DNA from: the human T2T-CHM13v2.0 reference genome, Homo sapiens
Length of the DNA stretch: 64,000 bases
NCBI RefSeq assembly: GCF_009914755.1
Contig: NC_060926.1
Strand: one strand, 5' to 3'
The translations under genes and the position numbers were made by a program. The stretch's first letter is position 1. Every line of letters starts with the position of its first letter. The notes beneath the pieces were generated by a model. The model saw only the letters and a list, made by a program, of their open reading frames with translations. It was not told the DNA's origin and did not search any database. Positions 52,970 to 64,000 of the stretch are shown piece by piece.

Positions 52970-53900
52970 TTGACATTCATTCACTCAGGAAATATTTCTG
53001 AGGCCTATACTGTGTAATGCACTATGTCCCCAACACAATGAGTTAAGAATCAGTCTTTAGGGCGAAAAGCCATGTGCATGGATGCCAGGAACAAAGATAG
53101 TTCACGATAGTGTGTGGGTTAAGAAGCTCTAGATGAATGGAGAGGCAGCCAAGGACTCTGCAGCTAGGTGATCAGGGATAGGACTAGGAGGGATGGATGA
53201 GACACGCACAGTTAGGGGGTCAGGCACCCCAGAAGGATGAGAGATGGAGCAATGGTGGAGAAATCTGGGGCACACACAGGAGCCACTGAGCCCAGTGTGG
53301 CGGGAGGGCAGTGGAGGGAGAAGAACACTCCGAGCGGACGTGGAGGAAGCAAACTCATCAGATCCCTGCCAAGCTAAGAAGTGTGAGTTTCATGTTACTG
53401 GCAAGACATTTTTGGGCAAGTGAAATGACATGATCTGAGCTTGGTCTGGGGAAGTCAAACTGAAGCCTTGCTGCCTAAGTTCCACTGGAGTGAAGCCAGG
53501 GCGGGGGCAAGAGTTAAAACAAGACACAACCATCCAGGGGAGAAGTGGCAAGGGTCTAATCCACAGCCACAGCGGGGAGATGGAAAAAGAGAAAATAACT
53601 CCTGTGCTGCCAGAAAGGCTTTGAGAGGACACGGGAATTGGAAGGGGGAGAGGCAGAGCGGGTTAAGCTGAGTCCATGGAGACTGGAGGAGCATCATGGA
53701 AATTTGGTTTTAAGTGTTTGAATGAAGGAGGCAACAGGCAGGGGAGCTGTAGAATAAGGAGGTAGACAAACCATTCCACCCAGACAAGGATGGGGACTCC
53801 AGAGATGGACAACACCATAAAGGTAAACGGAGGTCCATGGGTGGGAACAGAGAGAGGAGCATAGGAGAATGAGAATGGGAAGACAGAGACACCTGCTCTT
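52970..53900 (-). mobile_element. Degraded L2 segments
   Basis: CATTCATTCACTCA...ATATTTCTGAG 3' end; GTGAAATGACATGATCTGA; purine-rich plus strand. Confidence 0.5.
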
Positions 53901-54400
53901 GGGAAACATGAGACGTTGGAAAGCAACAAGGATTGCACATAGTCACAGGGGCAAAAGGAAGGGCTGGGAAACTGGGTCAGGTGCTATGGAAGGCACACGG
54001 GCCAATGGCCTCTGCGAGATGTTTTTTCTATGCCCAAGCAGATGATGGTTTCCTTGGGTGTAGGGATCATGTTTATTCTTCTAGGTACCCTGCAATGTAC
54101 AACACACAACTACTATTATTAGTTAACTATTATTAACAACCCACAACTTACATAGGGTAGTTAATAATTAAAATACAGTGTAGGACCAGGAAGGCATCCT
54201 AAGCCCACCTATTCACCTCAGTTCTCCCAGCCACCCAGCACCACAGAAGAAATGCTAACATACTACTGGAAATGAGGAAGGGCTCTCTGTTACTTTTTTG
54301 AAATATCAATGATGTCATGCAGCCAAGGGTTCGCCAGAAAGAGGAATGGGGAGGGGTAAGAGGGACACTCTCCTACCTCTGTGCAAAATGTGGGGTGGAA

Positions 54401-55036
<636 letters not shown>

Positions 55037-55602
55037 CTACCTTTCTCTCCTACAGCTCTGCCCTTCTTTAGAAAAAAATGATCAGCTGTTTAAACAGTCA
55101 AGGAGAATTGTGATCAGTCTAAACATTTCCCTTCCCTTGTGACAGTGATCGAAAGATGAGAACAGTGACCTCAACAGTTTTTGATGCAGCCCATCTCAGC
55201 CACTAATCCCAAACAAGTGTCAACAGAGAGAAAACGACTACTGAGCATATTAAAAGACTTTGCCAGTTCCCAAGGAAAGAGCAAGTCAATCAAATTTAAG
55301 CCCAGGAAAAGAGTTACTGCAAGTACAAGAACATATTTTTTTTAACTCTACTATATTCTCAATATGATTTGAAAGGACTTTACATCTTTAAAATCATAGC
55401 CAGCCATCTTGAAATAAGAGCCACCTAAAATCAAAACGAAAGACATGAAAAATAGGACAATGGAATCTTTTCACTTCACAGGGGCAGCAAACAATTGGTT
55501 GTATATTGTAGAAAACAAACAACCTAAAAGAACAGATGGAAAAATGCTTCCAGAACTAAAAGAAAAAGAAAAGATGGGAGTGGAGAGAGAAGAACTGAGA
55601 GT

Positions 55603-56980
55603 TTCGTTCATGCATGCACATTCAGGTAACATACACTTGAGCAACTGCTGTGTACCAGACTCTGTGCTCAGTGCTTTGATGCATCAGTGAACAAAAAAGA
55701 CAAAGATCTCAGCCTTGAGCATGTCACATTCTAGCTGGAGCAGACAGACCCTAAAGGGAGGCTACCAAAAGTTATTATAGAAGACTAGGGGGCCAGGCGT
55801 GGTGACTCACACCTGTAATCCCAACATAGCACTTTGGGAGGCCAAGGCAGGTGGATCACTTGAGGTCAGGAGCTCGAGACCAGCCTGGCCAACATGGTGA
55901 AACTCCATCTCTACTAAAAATACAAAAATTAGCCGGGCATGTTGGTGCATACCTGTAATCCCAGCTATTCAGGAAGCTGAGACACGAGAATCGAACCCAG
56001 GAGGCAGAGGTTGCAGTGAGCCAAGATTGCAATGCTGCACTGCACTCCAGCCTGGGTGACAGAGTGAAACTGTCTCAAAAAAAAAAAAAAAAAAAAGACT
56101 GAATGTTACAGAAATGGCAGATAAAGGACTGAGAGTCCCAGGAGCAAGGGATGCAGGTTGAAGTTATAAATAGGATGGCCAGAGTGGGCCAAATTGAGAA
56201 GATGATCTCTGAGCAAAGCCTGGAATGAGTGTGGGTATATTTGGCAAGAGTATTCCAGGCAGAAGGAGCAGCGAATGCAGTGGCCAGGCTCAGGAGGGCC
56301 CAGCAGGGTCAGGGAACATCAGGGCAGCCAGGGTGGTGGTGATGAGGGGAGAGTGGTGGCTGATAATGCTTGGGGGTGGGGTGGCGGTGGGGGTCATGGC
56401 AGGGAGATTCGTGCTGACCTTGGAGGGCGTTGTGAGTTTTGGCTTCTAGTCTAATGAAAAACTACCCCATGAGATCGTTTCTGAGTAGAGGAGTGTTCTG
56501 ATCATATTTAATTTTAAAGGACCACTCTTGTCAACTGTGTTGAGAAAAGAGTGGGGGAGGGAAAGGGAGAGGAGGTCAGGGATCGGAGCAGGACCAGCCC
56601 AATAATAAAGGAGAAAGATGCCAACTGCATAAACGGGGTAGTAGCTACAGAGCCATGAGAAGTAATCAGTTTCTGTATCTATTCTGAAGCCAGTCAAGTG
56701 TCAGGAAGGTTCCTGATGGTTTTGATGGTGGGGGGAAGACAGAAAAAGAGAAGTGAAGGAAGTTGCCAAGTTTTCTGGCAGGAGCCTCTGGAATTCTGTA
56801 GTTGCCATCCACTGGGAAGGGGGCAGGCTGGTGGAGCTAGGAGGGGTGCACTGGGGAGTCAGTTTTAGACAGGACTGGGTTGGAATGTCTGCTGGATGAC
56901 CAAGTGGGAAGGTCAAGTTGAAGTCTGGAATTCAGGAAAAAGGATGAGGCTAGAGATGTACATTTTAGAGTCTCAGCCTC
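55603..56980 (-). mobile_element. L2a-like element interrupted by an Alu
   Basis: TTGAGCAACTGCTGTGTACCAGAC...CAGTGAACAAAAAAGACAAA; GAGTATTCCAGGCAGAAGGAGCAG; TTTTAAAGGACCACTCT; AGTCTGGAATTCAGG. Confidence 0.75.
55791..56096 (+). mobile_element. AluSx/Sz-like
   Basis: Full dimer with pure A tail; TSD AAGACT. Confidence 0.95.
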
Positions 56981-57405
56981 TAGACAGACCTCAACAAACA
57001 CCCACCTGGCTTCCATCGATAATGTTTCACCCTCTGCTATGTTATATGAATATGCTCTATTTAATCACAACATGGTATACCCAAACCCACAATTCATGTC
57101 ATGTTGTGCTTTGGGAATTTCATTTGCAGTCTCCTTTGACCTGAACAGTGCCACATACTCACAAAAACCAATCACGTGCCATGTAAAATGTTTTAAAGGC
57201 CTACGGCATCACCTTGCTGTAAGACTGGTGGCTGCAATCTACCCATCCAAAGTTGCATCTCCAATCGATCCTCAGAGTCCTGGTACCACAAGGAAAAGTC
57301 CCCTGTCAGTATTCAGCACTGTCCTGGTAACAAATGAATTGTTCATTTTAGCAGCCATCCGACTGTCAAGACTGTACAAGAAAACTCGGAAGACATTTAT
57401 CTGTT

Positions 57406-57710
57406 GGCCAGGTGTGGTGGCTCACACCTGTTTTCCCAACAATTTGGGAGGCTGAGGCGGGTGGATCGCTTGAGCCCAGGAGTTCAAGACCAGCCTGGGC
57501 AACAGGGTGAAACCCCATCTCTACTAAAAACACAAAAATTAGCTGGGTGTGGTGGCAGGCACCTATAATCTCAGCTACTCCGGAGGCTGAGGCATGAGGA
57601 TCACTTGAACCTGGGAGGCAGAGGTCGGCGCAGTGAGCTAAGATGACACCACTGCACCCCAGCCTGGGCAACAGAGTGAGATTCAATCTCAAAAAAAAAA
57701 AAAAAAAAAA
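57406..57710 (+). mobile_element. AluJb-like
   Basis: GGATCGCTTGAGCCCAGGAG; TSD AAGACATTTATCTGT/AAGAAATGTATCTGT. Confidence 0.94.
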
Positions 57711-58345
57711 GAAATGTATCTGTCAATTAATGAGTAATAATAAAAATAATAGCAAAAACATTAGTAAGTGGGAAAGAAGGTGATAAAAATGGAACATTCC
57801 TGTCAGGTTATACAAAAAGACATAACACTTGCTGGGTGGCTTTTACCCACGATTTTGTAAGCTCCTGAGCCCCTTCTGCTTGTGAATGCAGGAGGGAGAC
57901 CATTGCTTCCAGGTAATGTAGTGTTCTAGATGGAAGTACACACCTTCTACACAGGCTCAGGAGACAGACCAGCCTCTGAGCACCCACCATGTGCCAGAAA
58001 CTGTGCGGGGTGCTTCGGACATGAACATAAAACACAGCTACTCTCTCTCCTCGCCCAGCCCTGCCTCCCACCCCTGGCTTCACTTGGACTCCTTAGCCCA
58101 AGAGATTGAGAGCAGCTTCTCCAAGGGGAGTCACACAGTTCTCATATCCCCCCTAAAAATGGAGGAGTAGAGAACTACATACACCCTCCCTATCTTCTCT
58201 GTCCTTTCTCTGCCCACCTCTCCTATCCAAATTCTGCAAAAAAGAGAGCAATAGATTGACCCTACTGACCTTGAAACCTACTCTTCCTCAAGGGGAAAGA
58301 AAGGGAGGGTGTCCTCGAAAAGCAGCACAGCCCTTGTGGTCCAAA

Positions 58346-58541
58346 GAGTGGTTCTAAACACAACTCACTGTGCCCCCAGGACATTTGGAGACTTCTGGAG
58401 ACATCTTTGGTTATCTCAGCTGGGGGTAGTGGGTGCATCTAGTGGGTAGAGACCAGGGAAGCTGCTAGACATCCTCCAATGGACAGGACAGCCCCCATCA
58501 GCACGCTCAAAATGTCTTCGTGTTGAGGTTGAGGAACCTCG
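58346..58541 (+). mobile_element. MER20 MITE
   Basis: AGTGGTTCT...GGACATTTGG...GCATCTAGTGGGTAGAGACCAGGGA...GAGGTTGAGGAACC; flanking direct repeat GTCCAAAG. Confidence 0.88.
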
Positions 58542-58821
58542 GTCCAAAGAGACTGAGCCAGCTAATATGGAGAGATCAAGACAAACCCATACTATCCCTG
58601 GGGAAAAAGTCAAACAGATGCTAATTTACAAATACTGTGTTTACTAATTAACTTATTCAAACAGCGCAATACCTACATTCCTCAGGTTTTCCACCACAGT
58701 CAGCAGCATTGCTTATGCATATTTGATTTCCTTCCACCTGGGCAACAGGACATTGGAAAAGCAGAGCTTAGAGTGAGGGGGGAAATGAGAGGCTGGCAAA
58801 ACTTACACAGATTATTTTTCT

Positions 58822-59045
58822 TTTTTTTTTAATTTTATTATTATAATACTTTAAGTTTTAGGGTACATGCGCACAACGTGCAGGTTTGTTACATATGTAT
58901 ACATGTGCCATGTTGGTGTGCTGCACCCATTAACTCGTCATTTAGCAGTAGGTATATCTCCTAATGCTATCCCTCCCCCCTCCCCCAACCCCACAACAGT
59001 CGAGAACACATGGACACGGGAAGGGGAACATCACACTCCGGGGAC
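58822..59045 (-). mobile_element. Very short 5'-inverted L1PA (PA3-like) 3'UTR
   Basis: Antisense 3'UTR at 58822-59001, then a sense piece GAGAACACATGGACAC...GGGGAC at 59002-59045; TSD ACAGATT(A)TTTTTCT. Confidence 0.93.
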
Positions 59046-59215
59046 AGATTTTTTTCTAACCTAGCCGCACAACTGCACTAAGTTTTTATACAGACCTTCT
59101 GCCTCATCAGCTTCCATCTCATCTCATTTCATGCTGGATCTAGAATTGACTCTGCTGCAGGAACACACACACTGCCTGACAGGGCTATCTTAAGGGCATT
59201 TAAAAGGAAACAGAT

Positions 59216-59525
59216 GGCCAGGCACAGTGGCTCATACCTGTAATCCCAGTACTTTGGGAGGCCAAGATGGGTGGATCACCTGATGTCAGGAGTTCAAGAC
59301 CAGCCTGGCCAACATGGTGAAACCTCATCTCTACTAAAAATACAAAAATTAGCCGGGTGTGGTCACCTGGCTACAGTAGCACATCTGTAGTCCCAGCTAC
59401 TCAGGAGGTTAAGACAGGAGATCACTTGAACTCAGGAGGCGGAGGCTGCAATGAGCCGAGATTGTGCTACTGCACTCCAGCCTGGACAACAGAGCAAGAC
59501 TCCATCTCAAAAAAAAAAAAAAAAA
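59216..59525 (+). mobile_element. AluSx-like with internal inverted insertion
   Basis: Full dimer; TSD GGAAACAGAT; extra CACCTGGCTA at 59364-59373. Confidence 0.94.
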
Positions 59526-60487
59526 TGGAAACAGATAATGAAGGCTGGCCAATGAAATGCTTTAAAGGATTAGTACAAAAACAGAGGCTTGTGTTTTACC
59601 GAGAATAACAAGTAAAGAAATTGGATATTTGAATCAGATGTCAAGCTTGATTCTTTTATTTTACTGCTTCCATAATAAATGGAAATCTAAATTAAAATAA
59701 AGTCAGAGATGATTTTTATATTAAACTATCTTATATGTTCAAAAAGTAGCTCTTTGTGAAAGCCCCTGCCTCCTCACACTATAAATAATGCATAAAATGT
59801 TGAGAGAGGCTTTGATTGTAAAAATTATTTCGCCTCTGTTTATCTGCCTTTACGGCAGCCGGATCATTCTGTTTAGACTCTAAGGATTATGCCACACCTC
59901 TGGTGGTTTGAGTATTTTTTTTTTTTTTTTTAGATTGATGGGTTGTATGAGCTTAGTTTTCTCTTTTGGCTTTGCCGGCCACATGAACAGAAACAGAAAA
60001 GGAAATGATCTCCTTTGGCATGGTTGTTATGAGTGACATGTGTCTGGGAGCCTTCATTTAATGAACTCATTTTCCACGGCCTTGGCTTTGCCAAAGGGTG
60101 GGATCTCCCTCATAGAGAAGCTGTACTGAGGTCCCACCAGGGGCCTCCCTTAACATCATTCAGGCGTGGATGACACCAACACAGATGCAGAGGGGAAAAG
60201 CATTTGCTGGCAAGAGGCATCCCACTGAGCTCATGCAGTCAGCTACTAGGAGCTCCATACCTCTTCATTCGGGCTGTGTCTCTGAGTCACTGAGTAACTG
60301 ACACCTTTCCACTTCACCTTGAACCAGGTAGGTGTGATGCAGGCAAGGAAATCAGCAAGGTACCCAGACGGGGAAAAGATTCAAGATGACCCACTCTATG
60401 GTCACAGGTGACATGGATGGAGGCTTAGAAGACCCAAATTTTCCTGGTAAGAGTCCTAATTTTCAAACGCACAAGACAAGTTTATGG

Positions 60488-60770
60488 GTTTTTTTGTTTG
60501 TTTGTTTGTTTTGAGACAGAGTATTGCTCTGTCACCCAAGGGCTCACTGCAAACTCCGCCTCCCAAGTTCACGCCATTCTCCTGCCTCAGCCTCCCGAGT
60601 AGCTGGGACTACAGGCGCCCGCCACCGCACCCGGCTAATTTTTTTGTATTTTTAGTAGAGACGGGGTTTCACCATGTTAGCCAGGATGGTCTCGATCTCC
60701 TGACCTCATGATCCGCCCGCCTCAGCCTCCCAAAGTGCTGGGATGACAGGCGTGAGCCACCGCACCCAGC
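60488..60770 (-). mobile_element. AluY with internal deletion
   Basis: CACGCCATTCTCC and GTTAGCCAGGATGGTCTCGATCTCC diagnostics; lacks the CTGGAGTGCAGTGG segment. Confidence 0.94.
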
Positions 60771-60837
60771 ATGTTAATATTTTTTAATGGCAGCTATTGT
60801 GTCTATGGCGTGCAGACCCTGTAGAAGGTGCCTCACA

Positions 60838-61306
<469 letters not shown>

Positions 61307-61943
61307 TTATTGTTTGAGACATTCCAAGAACAAGTACCTGTGCAAGGTGGGGAGGAGAGAAAAGTGTACCCACTGGCCCCTGTCTCCCACTGGTCAAATT
61401 CACCTGTGGGGGTGTCACCTTCCCTGCTCATCCCAGAGGCACATGTGTCGGGGCGAGTGACGGCCGTGGCATGTGCACCTCAGCCACAATAACGAAGCGC
61501 AAAGAAAGAGGCGTGTGATGCCCGGTAGGGAGGCGCTGCTGGGTTTTGCCTGCCAGTGACACTCGGGGTTGAGAGCTGCCACCACCGCAGGCCTCAGCAG
61601 CCTCGCTCCACGGCTGCAGCGCCCCACGCACCCTTGCTAGGCCCTGGGGTGGCACGTGAGCTTTGTCTGCCATGTGGCAGTCCTGGTGTTTCCATGGTTC
61701 CATGTGGCACTCAGTGCTGTCATTACTCATCCTCCACACATCAGAGATCAGAGATGAAGCTTCTGCCGGCTTCTAGGACGGTCTCTCCCAGTCACCTGTC
61801 AGGAGGTTGGGGAGACTACACCAGGGTGGGCTTGCACCCCGAGGCCCGCTGTGACCTGCTCAGGCTCGGGTTTGAGCTGGATAAGGGCACACTTTTCCAT
61901 GGCAGCCATAGGCAGCAGCCTTCTCCCCAGGCCTTGACTGTTG

Positions 61944-62412
61944 GTCAGCTTCCTAGGCTGCCCTAACAAATCGCCCACAGCAGACACCTCTTCCGTCACA
62001 GTCCTGAAGGCTGGGAGTCCGTGGTCATGGTGTTGGCAGAGCCATGCTGTCTCCGAAGCCTCCAGGGAAGGGTCCGTCCTGGCCTCCTCCTCGCTTGTGG
62101 TGGCGGCGGAGGTCAGCCTAGGCATCTCTTGATTGACTTCAGCTACATCACTCCCATCCCTGCCCGCATCATCACGGGGCAGGGCCTTCTTCCCCGTGTC
62201 TCCTCAGTGTCTCTGTGTCCTAATCTCCCCTTCTCCTAAGGGCAGCAGCATTGGATTTAGGGCCCACCCTAATCCAGTATGACCTCATCTTACCTTGATG
62301 ATATCTGCAAGACTCTATCTCCAAAGAAGCAAAGAAAGAAAAAAGCTCACATTTACAGGGACCAGGAGTGAGGGCTTCTACATCTTTTTGAAGAATACAA
62401 TTCCAGCCACAA
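61944..62412 (-). mobile_element. MLT1C-like LTR
   Basis: GGTGTTGGCAGAGCCATGCT...CATTGGATTTAGGGCCCACCCTAATCCAGTATGACCTCATCTTA. Confidence 0.85.
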
Positions 62413-62697
62413 TTTTTTTTTTCTTTGAGATAAAGTCTCACTCTGCCTCCCAGGCAGTATGAGCAATCTCAGCTCACCACAACCTCTGCCTCCCAGGTTC
62501 AAGTGATTATCCTGCCTCAGCCTCCGGAGTAGCTGAGACTACAGGCGCCACCACACCCGGCTAATTTGTGTATTTTTAGTAGAGACAGGGTTTCACCATG
62601 TTGGCCAGGCTGGTCTCAAACTCCTGACCTCACGTGATTCACCCGCCTTGGCCTCTTGAAGTGCTGGTATTACAGGTGTGAGTCACCGCGCCCAGCC
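62413..62697 (-). mobile_element. AluSx-like
   Basis: Antisense dimer; TSD CCACAATTTTTT at 62407-62418 and 62699-62710. Confidence 0.94.
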
Positions 62698-63661
62698 ACC
62701 ACAATTTTTTATCCTAGAAAGCAAGCAACACTCTGGTTGGCTGTTTCATCTCTCTCGCCCCTGAGAAAACCATCACAACCTCACTGTTATCAGCACAGAT
62801 CCCCAAGGCTCAGCACTCCCTGCTTGCACTGAGGCCTCGGTGCTACCCCTGGGAGCACCTGCACTACTCTGTCTCTGCTGGTAACGTGCCCTTGGCTCCA
62901 TTCCTACAAGGGAGCCAGTTCTACCAGAGCCTCTCTGCGTCAACCCCAACCATGGAGGACAGCCTCCTCCAAACCCCTCTGAGATGCCAGCAGCCCTCCT
63001 CCTGGGCACTTCCTATCTAGCTCTGAAGGGAGTGTCCTCTAGGTCCTTCTAAGCCCTCAGATCCTATGTGGCGCATCCACCCTAATATCCCGCCTCTGCG
63101 AGCCTTCTGACCCATTCCTCAACACCAGGCTTGGACACTTCACATCTCCCGTGGGGTCTGGCACCTCAGTGGGAACAGGGGATGCCAGGGGTGGGAGACA
63201 GGCGGATAGAGGTGTGGGTATGAGCAGGGAGCTGTGAGGCCACACCTACCCACAGCGTGAAGGATCAGGAGGAGCCACCACTGCAGGTGTTTCTCACCAA
63301 CTGGCTCCCAACATACTGGGCCCTCTGGCCAGAAAGCAAGGCAAAGTTTTGGACCTGGAGTAGCCCCAAGGCTGAGCTGGGTCCATGTGAAGTAGGGCTT
63401 GTCTCCTCCCCACAGCCCTCTGGAAGGGGGGACTCATGTGGATGAAGAGAGGGAGCCACAGCAAGGCTATGCACCTTGCCCAGGGTCATGTGACCAAGAG
63501 GTGGCTGGGCCAGGATTCAAACAACTCCAGAGGAAGAGGCTTACTGGTTTAATGTGCTGCTGTGGTGGGGGCTTGCTTCTGCGGGATGGCTGCATGGCCT
63601 GTTAGCACCCACTAGCAGGAAAGCAGAGGCAGATGCCAATGCTTTAAGAAAACTTAAGGTT

Positions 63662-63976
<315 letters not shown>

Positions 63977-64000
63977 AAGAAAAACTTAAGGTTGAAAAAC

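Noticed and set aside
60133-60147. CTCF-like CCACCAGGGGCC (also partial matches near 36860, 45112 and 61522)
   Set aside because: One G short or mismatched in the core; not callable without PWM scoring or ChIP data.

Overview
Primate (human-like) non-coding genomic DNA. I find no supportable protein-coding exon, tRNA, rRNA or CRISPR array. Every long ORF in the track maps to Alu, L1, LTR or low-complexity sequence, or has no recognisable homology. Much of the window is interspersed repeat: about 30 Alu or Alu-monomer elements, L1 fragments of several ages, about 20 solo LTRs or LTR fragments (MaLR MST/THE1/MLT1, MLT2A1, MER41A, MER66-like, LTR16/41/47-like), small DNA transposons, and MIR/L2/CR1 relics. 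Family and subfamily names come from my recall of consensus sequences and need RepeatMasker/Dfam confirmation. The structures most worth a second look are: (1) a ~0.8 kb CA-rich tract and a ~1 kb TG-rich tract facing each other across a 280-bp spacer with splice donors on both strands, just downstream of an ETS/GC-box cluster; (2) plus-strand segments bounded by canonical splice sites, suggesting an unannotated or lncRNA transcript; (3) two independent trimeric Alus with intact TSDs; (4) an 870-bp polypyrimidine tract with a hidden 204-bp period; (5) a very short twin-primed inverted L1; (6) several local duplications that create new motifs (E-box array, G-quadruplex, hairpins). I cannot identify the locus and see no evidence for a new protein-based system.
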